A stretch of DNA of 63,179 nucleotides, filler included, from Bigelowiella natans CCMP2755 (GCA_000320545.1; 7 parts of 7 records of this genome joined end to end with filler, not necessarily neighbours in it); one strand, 5' to 3'. Shown: positions 11,630-26,329, counted from the first letter of the whole stretch. The notes: generated from the letters alone by a model not told the origin. Numbers and translations: made by a program.

Positions 11630-12627
11630 TATTCATGAATGAGGATGAAGATGATTGACGCGTCGACGACAGCAAAGTAAGCAGGATAAAATCTACAGGG
11701 TAGCGATGGTTCCAAAAAATTCAAATTGCCGATGTCTCTACCCGAAAGAAACGCTTCCGAAATCGCCCGAACTTCTTGTAGCCCCTAAAATAAAGAAAGA
11801 AGAACAAAAGCGTCAATCAAAAATGATTGGGGAGGAGGGATGAGGATGGAATGGAGAACTATTTGGAGAGAATGCAGGTTCAGAGAACATGCCTTGGCTT
11901 TTTCTCCATGTAGCCAGTCTTCACAGGCTTTGGGTTATTCATTTCCACAGCTATTCGCTTCTTCTCTGCGTGTCGTAGGTGGGAATTATTCGATCTTCAC
12001 TTTAAAATCTTTCAAGAGCGCCCAAGTAGGGTCTTGAGATTTATATCCTTCTTAGATTTCCCCTCCGCCTGGGGGGTTCCCACTATCAGCGAAAAAAAGG
12101 GTTTCGGAAACGTGGACTTCGGTTTCTGTCACAACCGATTTATGTAGAAGAAACCGTGACGCAGGCTAAAAAACCCATGCGTTTCTTGAAGAATACAGTC
12201 TGGAATCCGTTGGGCATTTTTGACGTATTACCTGTAGGTATACGACCCGTCCGAAAGCTTTCCACAACACAACAACTTGCACAACAACAACAACAACAAA
12301 ACAGACTGCCCAGCGGCATACCTGCGACACGACTAGTTGCCCGTCGCAGAGAAAATATCTAAAGCGTTTGCGGCGCCGTCATGAACAGTTGCTTGGAAAT
12401 ACCAAGAAAGAGAGAAATGTAGGTGGTTTATTGCGACCAACGATCTCTCGATGATGTCGCAGAGTGAAATTTCTATCGTGTTTTCGAGTCTTCCTTCCCA
12501 GGCTCTGCACTCGGTGCTCTCTGTACTCGCCCCCCCGCACCATTTGTCCGAGCAACTAGAGGCAGCTCTTGACTGAAGCAGAAGAGGAGAGTAATCGTTC
12601 CCATTTGCTGCTTTGAACGGACTACCT

Positions 12628-13621
12628 ATGTCGGAAAAGGCAAAGCTCTCCCAGACGCCCTCTCTCAATTCCATGAAGAGGTTTGCACATGACTATCCCT
12701 TCCCCATCCCACTCTCCATCTCCGGCAATACTTTCTTTTGATGACGGTTGTGTAGTTGTTGTAAGTTCAGTTATTCGGGTGTCTCCACGCTGTTGGCATG
12801 CATTTTTTTGGTCCTGTCGCTTATGTTGGGGTGGAATGCTGCAAGATGGACGTCTCCATCCTCTAAGACGCCTCCATCATCGCTGACAACGCACAGGCAG
12901 TCTAATGAGCGACCTTGAAGAAGCGATTCAGGGATATGGAGGAATAGGGGAGAGCGAGATTGGATGATGACTTTCTCTTGAAAAACACATTAGTGAGAAC
13001 ATTGCATGTACGTACACGCAAACTCACACCTATATGAACGAATATGATGTTAAGTGCAAACCTATACATCGATGAAAATTAAATTTCGATTCCAACAGCG
13101 AAGAAAAGACCGGCAAAACGCTCAGGATAACACTGCGACAAAAGGAAGCAGGAGAAGAGAGCCTCCTTTTGCCCCAGGCAATCAGTGATAATCAGTACCT
13201 TTTGATATCTTTGTTTTCCCTCGATTATCCCCATCATTGCAAACTTTCTTTCTCCCCCCTCCCTCCCTCTCTCTCTAGGACGATGGCAGCGATTTGGTGG
13301 TAGATCGACTTCGCAGCGAGCTTCGGTCGTCAAGACAGATGATGGCCAAGCTGATTGATCAGCTCGATGAGGAGCGGGGCAAAAACATTGAACTGGAAAG
13401 CCTGCGAAATCAAAGACTACAGTTCTTCTCACGGTTTATTATGGATTTAAATCGTTCTTCCTTGTGTGCCTCTGCGTCTAAGAGATGACGTTTGAATCAT
13501 CATCATCATAATTATCATCGTTATCATCATTAACGCTGCTTTGATCATTACGATTCAGGACGTCGATTTGGCGTCGAGATATGCGATTAGCTTCGCAGGA
13601 ACCTACATCGCGTGTTCTGTC

Positions 13622-13667
<46 letters not shown>

Positions 13668-15242
13668 TGCTAAGAATCTATATATCACGGTCATCCGATT
13701 CACCCTGAGAGTCCCCCCCCCCCCCCTTTGCTTCAACAAAACTATTTGAGAAGGAGAAAAGTGTTTGTTGTTGTAATTGCAGTTATTGACATCTTTCTAA
13801 ATTTTATTTTCGTAGATCCCCCCTCGCGCGCGTTTTCATCATCCACCAAGAGCGTCCAGACGGCAAACTGCAGTACACGTACAGTCCTTTCATCAAGACT
13901 CTTCTTGCAGGTGATGAGCACTCCGTGGGGAGGGGATTAAGGGTTGGTTGTTCTAGAGTGAGTTTTTGACGAACGTAACGACGACAGCAGCAACATGTAA
14001 CGCCAAAAAAAATTGAGGAATCGGGGAATCGATTATACGATCTTTCAAAGCACCGAGATTTCTCTTCTCTCCTTCCACCCGCACGTAGTACCATAGTGTT
14101 GGTTAAAATAATGCAGCAGCAAGGCCAACTTTGTGGCGGTATTTTCGGGAGCGTGCAACGCCGATAATGATACACTTCCCCTTGGTAACCAAAGCATTTG
14201 CTGCTATATCTGTCCCAGCCGTATCCCTCCATGCCCCCCCCCCACCCCCCCCCCTCAACTCGTGCCCTTTTTCTTTTTTCCAGGGTTCAAGACTCTGGAT
14301 GTGGCCGTCAAGCTGGTGAAGGCGGATAGGAATTCAGCCGAGGGGAGGAAAGGCGGGCTCGAGAAGAAGCTGCTGCTCCAGAAACTAAGGAAGGATGACG
14401 TCCTTGTCCTGGTTGGGTCTCAGGGTAGTAGATATGTTAAGTGGTGAGTGTGTGGGTGGATGGTAGGTTCCTTCTCTCACCACTTCGACTCACGAATAGT
14501 GGTAGTAGTCGTAGTAGTCGTAGTAGTAGTAGTAGTAGTATTAGTGCGACGAGAACTCTTCATATCACGATGATCACGTAAACGGATGGCGTGTTATATC
14601 GGTGATGACGATGTTGGCGGTGGTGATGATGATGCTGTCCCTTGCTGCATTTAGAGCCGTCGTTCCAAGACGATTACGTGCAGATTGCCAACTCGGTTAA
14701 GGTGAAAAGGGGTCTCTTTACGGTTCTCTATCAAACGGAGACGTTGCTTCTTGGGAGGCCTGGTGCGTTTGTACTCACCGTTGGACGTCCCTATGTATAC
14801 TGTCTATTCATGTGTTGTGCGCGAGGGTTTGGTGGTGGCAGTGGTACACGAGGATGTCAATCATCAGGGATGATTGTGACTTCGGCATTGATGATATTCG
14901 CAATCGCTGCATGCAGCAAGAAACAACATTAGAAAATAACAATGACGAAATCATCATCAACAACAATAAGAAGAATCACTCAAAGCATCACTAAACAACA
15001 AAAATAACCTGTTACAAAACAGCAGCATATTTTTGAGTTCCAACGAGTTTTGGAATTAAACGAGATCTATTACATCATAATAAAGCAACAACAACAACAA
15101 CAACAACAATTATGATAACACCGACAACGAAGCACAGCAGCCCTATACTGCCAACGGACACGATGACAGGTGCGTGCTCGAGCCCGTTACGCAGGACCAC
15201 ATTTGATGAAGTTTGGGACTATTCAGCAGCAAACATCGACAT
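12628..15242 (+). CDS. Type II membrane glycosyltransferase-like protein, truncated by the contig end
   Basis: N-terminal TM (STLLACIFLVLSLMLGW), coiled-coil stem (13279-13432), then exons with VLYQTE and FDEVWDYSAANID motifs. Runs into the gap at 15532. Confidence 0.5.
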
Positions 15243-15499
15243 GTAAAAATGATGATGATTCGTGGATGATGATGAGGATGATGATGATGATGAGATATTG
15301 TTATTATTAATAATAATAATCATAAATAGTAGTACTAGAATGGCAGCAGCAGCAGCGGCAGCAGTAGTATTTGTAGTAGTAGTAGAAGTAGTAGTAGTAG
15401 TAATAGTAGAAGCGGAAACAAATAGTGCACGGATGTGAAATGGTTTGTATCCTTTGCTCTAATTATCATCGTTCTACTCTCTCTCTCTCTCTCTCTCTC

Positions 15500-15531
<32 letters not shown>

Positions 15532-15631
15532 NNNNNNNNNNNNNNNNNNNNNNNNNNNNNNNNNNNNNNNNNNNNTTAATTAATTAANNNNNNNNNNNNN
15601 NNNNNNNNNNNNNNNNNNNNNNNNNNNNNNN
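15532..15631. other. Artificial 100-bp linker (N44-TTAATTAATTAA-N44)
   Basis: Fixed length with a six-frame stop cassette; genes on both sides are truncated. Confidence 0.97.
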
Positions 15632-15669
15632 GTAGTAGTAGTCGTAGCAGTCAACTACAATATTTCTCG

Positions 15670-15765
15670 TCATACACGAATGCGAAAACTTGGCCCAACT
15701 TCGATCCGAGGTAGTTCCTATGGTGAGTGGGTCGTTTGTGTATTTGTCGTTGCTGCTGCTGCATC

Positions 15766-15796
<31 letters not shown>

Positions 15797-16474
15797 TCGT
15801 CATCATCATCGTCATCATCATCTCCAAAAAGAACCAACAGCAGCCCTCCACACGCATGTAAAGTAAGAAACAATCGTGTACCACGACTGCTACTGCTGCT
15901 ATCACTACTACTACTAGTAGTATTACTTGAGAATTTCCGGCGTCGTCTTAGCCATGGCAAGTGAGCTTTCCTTCTCTTCCACCTTGTGCGCCATTTCCCC
16001 TAGAACCTTGGCCTCGTAGGCCCCCCTACCGATGGTTTACGATGACGAACAAGACAACGAGGACGAGGAGGACGGGGATAGCATGCAGTTAGTATTTTCC
16101 CAGAAGGCAAGATTTCTCAGTACACTTCCTCAGTGAAATGTGTGCTAGTTGAAGACGGGAGTCGTAGTGACATATCACACAGGTGAGAGGCACGCCGTGG
16201 GTGAGAGAGGAAAACTGTCGGTGATATTTCCTGAAGTCTTTTGCAGTTGGTAACCTCGTGAAGACTTCTAGAAATCACACCATTGTGTCACTATGTGCTT
16301 TGTATTGTTTATTTACTTTCCTCCGAGGAATGCAATCTCGTCGGCTCGGCTCGATATGTATCCGATAGAATGCGTGTACTCGCTCTGATGATGCAAAATT
16401 ACACCAGATTAGATTAAGTATACATTAATATGTAAACTGCATACATATCATATTAATAAAGGATTTGTGTATAT

Positions 16475-16517
<43 letters not shown>

Positions 16518-16518
16518 G

Positions 16519-16573
<55 letters not shown>

Positions 16574-18902
16574 TGTCGCGCATTTTCCTTCTTAGGCATC
16601 CCTCCCTCCTACAAGAACAATAACTGGTGCTTCGCACACTGATGACTCCATTATTAGTCACATCACTGATGTCGCACTTCTACCGCTATCCCCACCACCT
16701 CTGCTTTGGCTTGCTCTTCCACCATCAAATCAAGTGAGGGGAGGAACCTGTGAGAGGTCATTGTGCGAGTGGTAGTAAGTGGCCTCAGCAGTTGTAGCAG
16801 CCGTTGGAGAAACGGCAAAGCACTTGCACTATGACAACGGTAGTCGTATTACTAGTCGTGGTGTCCATCTCATCATCACTCAAATCCAACTCATCACCCT
16901 CTCTCTCTTTCTCTCTCATCATCTCACTTCTACTATTATTATTATTACTATTATTATTATTATCTCTTCTACCTTCTGAGAACGAACCCACGCATGATGC
17001 TCTCGTAGAATATCAATACCGAGAATTCCGCCCTGAGAACCACATATGTAAATGCAAGAAAAGCAGTGTGTGTTGTTTCGAATTGACAAAAGCATAATCA
17101 TCAGCAGCCAGCAGCATAATATTGCACCTTCACTGACTAAACAAAGAGCTTACCATCCCATATGCATGCCGAGAAAAATCGGCCGCGCGCAGATCTGGCT
17201 CCCGGCGTTGATGAGATTCGCGTACAACTCTATTTTTTTGTAAAGATAGACCAGGAACAGGGGGAGGGGGGAAGGGGGGAGGACATGCAAGTTAGAAGCA
17301 AACAGGGGATGGAGTAGAGATGATATAATAAATAGCAGGTTTCAGGAATGAATGGTTGGGAGCTGCGATTTCTGGAGAGCGACTTGCGACAGCACCTGCA
17401 AGTTTTTGCCCCAATTCTTTTGTGTCTTGACCTAAAGCAACGAGTGCCTGTTGGACTCTCTGAATAACGCGGTAGTAGAGAAGAGGGGGAAGAAAGGACA
17501 GTAGTTACACTCATCATCATCATGGGAGCATGGAGGTTTCGTTTGCTGATCTGGCTATCCAGCCACCAATAATGATAAAGCCATAACAGAAGAGAAACAT
17601 GTGTTTCCTAGTAGTGGTTGTAGTAGTAGTAGTAGTAATAGTAGTGGTGGTAGTGGTGGTTGTGGTGGTGCTACATAGTTATGGTAGATCGCAAAGACTC
17701 ATATATCACTTTCGATACCAAATGAATTGCTGCACAGGGCACAGCCATAATTTCTTAAAATAACATTGTTTTATTTACGCAACCGGGTCTCTCTGCACTT
17801 GATAAGGAGAATTGATGTACGCCTGGAAAGATAGGTAAAGCCAATAACGATTAGAGATTTAACACATCGCACACACGAATGTTGGAATGTAATGTTAAAA
17901 CCGTTCTGATCGCTGCTTCAAGATTAGCCCTCAAGGCACCTCCCATGCATGTCTTCAGGTAGCTGTGAGGAGAAGGTAGTGTTGTGAAATTATTGGAGAA
18001 GAGATAGTAATAATAATGATAATACGACATCCTGCAAATAACACTGATAGCTCATTCTAGCCGAATCATAGAATGGACAATTTCATTGTCATTCTTTACT
18101 ATTGATCTCCCCAACAATAGTATAAGTCAGTAGATTTTCTCATCATCAATTCTGAATGCGGGAACCATACTTAATCGCAGCATCGGTTGCTACGAGGGGC
18201 AATGTCAGGAGGCCTGACGACGACGACGACGACGACGGCAAGAGGTAATCAATATTTGAGATCGCTACCTAACTTTCACGTCTACTGTATTTTTTGAATT
18301 GCCAACTCCACCTCACCTATCTCGTACAGGGTCTCGAATGTTCTTGTCCAATCCAGCTTCATAACGTGCTTCTGAAAAGGCAATGTCATCGCAGATTTGT
18401 GGTTGTTGCGCGTGTCGGGGGATGATGTTCGACGAAGTGGAAAGCTTGCTCTCTTTCTCTCTGAACTCGCCTATAATCAGTGGTGCAACGGGTTGTTACC
18501 GCTAAAGCCCCGAATCTGGTGTTGACAGCGCGAGACAAGAAAATAGTGACTCCAACCCCTGACAGGTAATATTAGTGTTTGATTCAGCATTTCACCTGAG
18601 TGTTCGAACTTAAATTAGATCCGAAATATAGCACCTATAGGGATTCCTACGGCCATGATTGTCACGCTCCTCCCACCCTTGCATGCGAGCTTAAGGGCCT
18701 TTCTGATTGGCTTGCGCGACTTCTTTTGCTTCTTCGCTCCTTTGAGGGCCTTCCCGCGCGCAGCATACCAAACCACAGATCCAGCCAGAGCACCAGAGGC
18801 AACTGCTATGAAAGCTTGGCCTTTGGGGTTGGAGAGGATATGACTGTATAGTCGACCGGAGAGCGGCTGCTGCGGTTGGGAGCCTGTTGCACTGGCAGCC
18901 AT
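15670..18902 (-). CDS. ABC transporter subfamily D (peroxisomal-type) transmembrane domain; NBD lost at the contig end
   Basis: Spliced exons give VGVTIFLSRAVNTRFGALA, NYLKTCMGGALRANL, QDTKELGQKLAELYANL, FLPSLDLMVEEQAKAE and SRADEIAFLGG (EAA motif, compare EEIAFYGG of ABCD proteins). Confidence 0.8.
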
Positions 18903-19211
18903 CGCCTCAATTCTTATTCTTGTTACGTTGTTAGAGTTGTTGCGATTTAGATTAATTATTTAAGATATATTATCGATTATTTCATGTATTTAATAAATTT
19001 TACCACGGAATACTCCAACATCAGCGACCTTAACCTCCAATTTGACACACATATGCAAAGGTAATATTATCAATTATTTTCTTTCGGAATAGATCGCATT
19101 CTGTATTCTAATTAATAGGTAGTCTCTCTGACTAATTTAGGCCGTCATTAAAAACAACTCGCGCAACAACTGCTGTCGACAGTCATGGCGCCAACCGCCC
19201 GATGAGCAACA

Positions 19212-20034
19212 ATGGCGGTAACCGTCAAAACCCTTCGCCTCTATGTGCGCAGCCTGCTTGTTGGGCTAGCACTCGCGACGATACTCATTGTAGATTCAAA
19301 GAGGAAAGAGAGATGGCAGCATCCGAGGGAGAAGAGGAGGCTCCTTGGTCTTCAGATAGGAGGGGGACGGGGGCTGGTGTCGGATACTACTTACTCTGTG
19401 GACCCCACCTTGGCGAGTGCTTCCTTCCACGATAACCTCCCTCAACCATCTAGCTACGCACGCACACCCGCTGGTAGTGAGTTTCAGCCTGTGCCCCTTT
19501 ATCTCGAGTCCTCCGCGATGATGCCTGCCCAGGTGGAGGACGAGGGCTCGAGCGCCGGTGGCGGCAGCAATAAGAGGGGTGGGGCAGCACTCAGAACTAC
19601 AGCGCCCTCAACTCAGGTACTGGACCAACTCGAAAGCAGGGTGAAGGAGGTAATAGCAGCTCTTCCGGTTGGAAAGACGCCATCGCAGACACGCCGGCGC
19701 CATGAGCTTTTTGCGCGGTTTGATGGTGCTGGTAGAGGGCTGCTTTCCCCTGAAGATGCGGCGGAAGGAGTCAGAGGCCTTATTGGAAATATCGGGGAGG
19801 GCTCATCATCATCGTCATCATCAGACTCTCTGTTAGACTGCAAACCTGTCATCACGCGAGTGTTTGAGGCAGCAAGGTCCCTCCGGGCGCAGAAGCGGCG
19901 TGCGAAAGGAATGAGGGCTGTGGACAAAAGTGATGAGTTGAACGGACTCTACCGCCAAGAATTTCGAATAATGCTACTCTACTTGAGGGAGTTTCTTCAG
20001 GTGATACTGTCATCCGCGACACGATGCGAATAAA

Positions 20035-20074
<40 letters not shown>

Positions 20075-20772
20075 GATGTGAGATAGGAGACAAAAAGGTT
20101 TCCCTTGGGTACTCTGCCGTAGCTCTTCCTCTCTCCCCATTCCCCTACTCTCTCTCTCTCTCTCTCTTTCGTGTAGAAGTGCATGCGTGCGTGCGTGGGG
20201 CATTGAGAACAATTTGTGCCCTCCTCGCCCAACCCTCCTTTTCACACGAATGAATGTTGTTTTTCTGTGCTGCTTACTGTTAGGTGTACTTGATTTTCAG
20301 TGAGGCCGATATCAATCGAAGCCAGGCTCTTGGTGTCCACGAATTCTCTGCCGCAGTAGCTGCAGGCCACCTACCCCTCCCCCCTGACGGAGATGCACGG
20401 AAGACCTTCCGGAAGATCTCGAGGGGTCGCAGCTCGATAAGCTGGCCTATCTTCTGCAACTGGGCATTGCAAGTACGTGCGAGACAGGCGGCAGCATCTG
20501 CACCTTCTCCTCTGCCTACGAGCAAACGCAGTGGTAGTAGGGATGGTGGTGGTACTGGCAGTGGTGGTAGCGGAGGACTCTTCCCGCCTCCAAATTACTT
20601 CGCGCAAGCTCCGATTTCTTCCAGTGCTGCAGCTTCATGGGTGGTTGATGATGATGATGATGGTGATGGTGATGGTGATGATGATGGTGATGCTGCATGT
20701 AGCTCACACCCCCACGCTAACACGTCACACCAAAAACAAAAACAAAAAGCAAGAAAAAAGGACATTTTATAG
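19212..20772 (+). CDS. Flagellar calcium-binding protein (calflagin/FCaBP)-like EF-hand protein with N-terminal hydrophobic leader
   Basis: RRRHELFARFDGAGRGLLS, KPVITRVFEAAR, EFRIMLLYLREFLQ|VYLIFSEADINRSQ and ISWPIFCNWAL follow the FCaBP motif order. Intron 20001-20283. May continue into the downstream coiled-coil exons. Confidence 0.7.
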
Positions 20773-20851
20773 TATTTAATGCATGTATGCATGCACGTGT
20801 GCTCTCCTTTCCGGTGTGGATGTGGATATTTAACGTTAAACATCATCATCG

Positions 20852-20882
<31 letters not shown>

Positions 20883-21679
20883 GTTATCAGCGATATGATA
20901 GAGACCAACGTGACGACTTTGCCGGCGCTGCGAGAGCGGCAATTGTGGAGGAGAGGGAGAGGGTTTGTGTCCTCCTTTTTAACAAAGAATCAACAATGAA
21001 CGATATAATACATTGCAATCTACTTGCTACTGCACTGCACTCCCACATTTTAATTCGATGTAGTAAAGTCTCCTAATAATCGTGAGTTGGCCTCATGCTG
21101 TGTGCTACAGATATAATGCCTTTTGCCTTGCGACACATTTCATCATCGTTATCATTATCATCATCATCATCATCATCTCCGACCTCTCTCATTAGGCAAT
21201 GGCAGCAGAGAAGAGGGCCAAGGACGAGTCTACCCGCGTGGAGGAGGTTCTTTGTTCTTTGTTTCGCCATGATTCTCCCCCCCCCTTGCTGTTGCAGGGG
21301 TAAACATACTTGTCATATATATATATATATATATATATATCTATATGTATAATTAGGTATCTGAGCGCTATTACGCGTTGGCATCCAAGGTAATATTAAC
21401 AACGGCATGCCATCCCATTTACGATGATGATGGTGATGATGATGGTGATGATGGTGATGATGATGACGAATCTCTTTTCAACAGCTCTATATGAAATAAT
21501 ATAATAGTGATATGACAATCCTCCTCTCTCTCTCTCTCTTTCTCTCTCTCTCTTTCTCTTTCTCTCTTCATTAGTATCTACATGTGTGCCTGGCATAGCA
21601 TGTACGTTGAATATGAAGTACATGGATATAAACATTTATACACACACACACACACACATAATAACTACATATTCTAGTT

Positions 21680-22225
21680 CAAGCGCCTTCGGTCTGCATT
21701 GGATGCATCGAAATCGGATCTGCGACGCATGCGACAGGCAGCTGATACTGCAGATCAGAAGTGCAACCATCTTGAGAAAGAGGTCAACAACACTCCCACA
21801 AAGAATAATTCAGCTAATATATAAATATAAAGTTAAGTATTTTTCCCGATATATTATGAATCTGCTGGTCCCTTTCACGATTCGTCCCACAGCTCAAAGA
21901 GAGCGAGGGCCGAGAGAATGAGTGTCAGAGGAGCAAGGAAATAGCTGAAACTGCATACAGGGACGCACAAACCAACATTAGGCAAATGCAGGTAGAGGTT
22001 GCAAGAAGAAGAAGAGATCATACAGCAGCAGCAGCAGCAGCTATCTGTTATTCACGTAACTAATCTCTTCCTTTTTCTTCTTCTTGTTCTTCTTCTTGCC
22101 AGGAGTACATTCAAAGGCTATCCATGGAGTTGCAGCGGCGTGGTGAGGAGGAAACACGCATCCAATCGAGCCTATCAGCTTACGTTAGAGACTATAGAAT
22201 GGCCGTTTCGAAGCTTGAGGAGATG

Positions 22226-22260
<35 letters not shown>

Positions 22261-22844
22261 CGCAGCAGCAGTATAAGACGATGATGGTGAGGTGGTGAGG
22301 TGGTGTACTTCTCAAGAAATTATTGCCTAGCAGAAGAGCTGAAAGTGATGATGATGATGATGATGATGATGTTTTGTGTGTCATCACCATCTCCCTGCTG
22401 CTACTACACGGTGATCAACACACAACCGTACTGTAATGGGACCTGCTTTATCTTGCTACACCTGTTACTCTTTCCTCATTCTACTACTACTACTCTTGCT
22501 GTTGGAAATCAAGTAGAAGAGTCATTAAAATGCACGTATTATTCACTATTTCTAACGATTCTCCTCACGGTGCTGTATATACATACAGTTGGGTTCCGCT
22601 GCAGATTGTTTCTCATTCCCTCCTTTCTTTCTCTCCCCCTCTTTCTCTCCCCAATCAACAAGACAAAGCAGTCAGAGTTGCAGCGCGAAACGGTGTCGCG
22701 ACAACAGGAGCTACTCCAGCTTGCCCATAGGTGATGATTGGTGGTGATACTAGCAGCTTTTATGGCTTTTTCGAGGCATAGGCCGGTGTGAATCTAGCGT
22801 GTGTTTGAGCAAGTGATTTGTATCGTTGTGGTGTGTTCTCATCT

Positions 22845-22881
<37 letters not shown>

Positions 22882-22914
22882 CATATATCTCTGATAAATG
22901 GTGGTCTACTACTG

Positions 22915-22947
<33 letters not shown>

Positions 22948-23824
22948 TTACCACTACTACTCCTACTACTGCTACCCCAGTCATCACTTAGTGTCCGTGC
23001 GTTGTGAGGAGTTGGAGAAAGCTCTTTCCGCCGCTCAGCTGGCGAAGAACCATGCAATGGCTGCCATGCAAGCAAAGGAGGTAGGAATCGGTTGTTGTCG
23101 TGGCCATTTATTTGTGCGAGTACGATATGTGTATTATACAACAAAGTAGCAGCGTTTAATCAAATCTAGATGCTTCTTCGCGCAAACACCTACGACATGT
23201 GGTTGATTGTAAAGGCAAATCTGGCTGGGGCCAACGAGCGGAGGAGTCGTTTGGAAGCGCAACTTGCCATCGCACAGGGCAGTCTGGCTTCAATCCAGAA
23301 GGTCAACGTCGAGCTGTCAGCAAGGACGGCTCAGGCAGAGGAGACCAAGAGGTGGGTTAGTAAATCAGTTAGTGTGTAGTTGGAGAGAGAACAACATAAA
23401 GATGGTTAGCAGTGATGACGACGACGACGATGATGGTAAAAATGATAATAGCGATAAAGAGAGCTAAAATTGCGATCCAATGATGATGATATAAAGATGT
23501 GATGATGATGGTGACGATGCATGATATTTCGTCATTATCATCAGTGAAAAGTCATCGTTTTCACACAAGTACCATGTTATTATATCCTATATTACAATGC
23601 CAAAGTACTACTACTACTACTACTAGTAGTAGTAGTACTAATGCTGCTGATACCTCCATGCTCGGTGATGATAAAAGGAAATGCGAGCTTCAACTCAACG
23701 AGACTTCCACGGAGGAGCAGAAGGCCCGGCAGCGCCTTGAGGTCGTGCATAAGAGGGATAAGGAGGAAGGGAGGGAGATCAGAGAGAAAAACAAGCAGCA
23801 ACACACACGCACCATACAAATCGA

Positions 23825-23862
<38 letters not shown>

Positions 23863-23876
23863 AGAGAGGCTGCAGT

Positions 23877-23944
<68 letters not shown>

Positions 23945-24100
23945 GTGTGTGTGTGTGTGTGTGTTTGTGTGTGTACAATTCCAGTCGCTCACAGTACGAC
24001 ATCGGAACCTTCTATCCACTGTTTCATCTCTGGAGAGCAATCTGCGGCAAGCAAAGGTTACGCAAGAGCGCGTTATTCCTCAACTTCGCCAGCAGGTATA

Positions 24101-24141
<41 letters not shown>

Positions 24142-24946
24142 AGAAGGTTGATCGTCGTCTACAACATCATCCATACACTTCAGTCGCCATCAGATTATCT
24201 GTCGCTTCGTTGTCCTATGAACACTCCCTAGTTTCTCTTTGTAATAGTCTGCTATGCCTCATTGATTGTGAAGCAGTAATGTCCACCCCCCCTTTCCTCT
24301 CTGTGCCGTGGATGAATATAGTAGTAGTAGTAGTAGTAGTTAGTAGTAGCCTGTTTATGTTCTTGCTTATGTGCTGGTGAAATGAGTGAGGGGGCTCGTG
24401 TGTGTGTGTGTGTGTGCGCAACAGCTGGTGCGTTTAAATGAGGATTTACAGCGCATGGAGGAGGAGAAATGCCGATTGGAAACAAAAGTTGTACAAGCAC
24501 AGCAAGCTTGTAATGAGGCCACTGATACGGCAGCCCGCGCTGAGGCCAAAGCTGCGGTAGTAATGGCTGTGCTTTTGCTTTGATGGGGGAAAAAAAAGAA
24601 AATCGATGCTTTTCTTACTAATACCTTCTTCGGGGGAATATGTTGGGTGAGGGTTTGGTTGTCTGGCAGCAGCAGGTTTTTAGTGATTTTATTGTTTATT
24701 GTGATTCCTACTGACTGAATGGGGTCGTCGATGAAGGAGAGTACCGTGGCAGCGGAGCGAAACATGGTGGCTCTTAAAGAGCGAGAAGCGCAGGTGCTTA
24801 TTAGAACTTGAAGGGGGGGGGGGGAAGGAGGGTGGCATCTAGTGGATGATTCCGTGTGCAGCTGTCGGTGTTGTTGATGATGACGACGATGAGGATATCA
24901 GTGATGGATGGAGAATATCGAGGCTTATTACTTTTCGAAGCATTAC

Positions 24947-24990
<44 letters not shown>

Positions 24991-25188
24991 GTGTTATTTA
25001 TTTATATGTTAAAAAGAATCTGACGTCATGAACTGTAACTGCAACCTATGCAGATGGAGGATGCACGATTGGAGGTAGTGAGGGCCCGAGAAAGTCTCCG
25101 AGAAATGCAGAATAGAATTAGGGTCATCGAAGCTCGGTACTACTACTCATGGAGCTATACAACAACGTGTAGCAGCATGTGTGTGTGT

Positions 25189-25228
<40 letters not shown>

Positions 25229-25507
25229 TGTGTGTGTAAAACATGCAAGCTCAGATAATCTGACTATGATGATGATGATGATGATGAGCTGTTTCTTAAA
25301 AGTCGCCGCCACATTCTCCCCTATTTTATTTTATTCTACTTCTACTGCTGCTGCTGCTGCTGCTGCTGTGTTTAAAACAAACAGGCATTTGCATACAGAG
25401 AGCGAGCTGATCCGAAAGCACCAAGAGGAGGTCGTTTTCTTTTTCGTCTTGTTTCTATGTAGCGTAACGTAAATCAAAGCTCTTATGCACAAACATAGCA
25501 CCTATAC

Positions 25508-25555
<48 letters not shown>

Positions 25556-26194
25556 AGTTACTGTACAACATGTACACAACTGAGAAAAGTGTTTATTCGC
25601 CATTTGCCACTACTGTGTCGAATAATGCTTCCACAACAGATCGATGCTATTTCCCAGAAACAGCGGAATAGATTGAGAGAAGGAGGAGGAAAAGATGACG
25701 AAGATCGAGGCCTCCTTCTACTTCCTTCTGGCGCTAGTAGCCCCTCTCGCTCTACCCCTGCCAATAGCTTTAGGCATTCACCAAAACCCCAGATTTCGGC
25801 GAGTACGATGTCATCGCCGCCACCTCCTCCTTTTTACCATAATGCTGCTACCCCTGCTCAAGCTGTTGATGAAGCCTCTCCTTCTCTGGTTGGCCCCCCT
25901 CTTCCGCCAGTCTCACGTTGCATAATCGGAGGGAAGGTTTGTCATCTCGATTATTGATGGCCTTCAAAGAAATACGATCTAGTTTATTTCCTTTTTTGCT
26001 TCTTCTCCTTCTCTGTGTGTCCCTTCATCCATTCTCTCAAAGTCGTCCTATTTCTTTTTCATCTCTCCCTCGTCTCCCTCCATCACAAAGGTGGTAGATC
26101 TGGAAGTGCGTGGGGGTCAACTGTACGTTAAGGGGAGAGGAGTAGCGCCGTCCATTCCTCTGAGGGATTACGCTAGAAGGCACATTCGATCATG
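21680..26194 (+). CDS. Multi-exon long coiled-coil protein (possibly the C-terminal part of the 19212 gene)
   Basis: Many short GT-AG exons encoding heptad-like segments (CEELEKALSAAQLAK, ANLAGANERRSRLEAQL, LVRLNEDLQRMEEEKCRLETKV, MEDARLEVVRARESLREMQNR). Confidence 0.5.
23828..23975. repeat. Representative compound microsatellite (GA)n-(CA)n-(TA)n-(TG)n; similar tracts fill most introns
   Basis: Directly visible; also (GAT)n, (TAG)n, (CTG)n and (CCT)n tracts throughout the window. Confidence 0.95.
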
Positions 26195-26329
26195 AAGTGG
26201 TGATATACAGATTGAACTGTCAAAACGCATCCGAAGATTTGGTACACCATCGATATCTGCAAATGAGACAGTTTCGAACAATTTCAGTCAAAGTATTGCA
26301 TTCTTGAGTGACATCATCGTTCACTCTCT

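Noticed and set aside
15576-15587. Recurrent TTAATTAATTAA as a biological repeat or CRISPR-like motif
   Set aside because: Always centred in exactly 88 N; it is an artificial six-frame stop linker.
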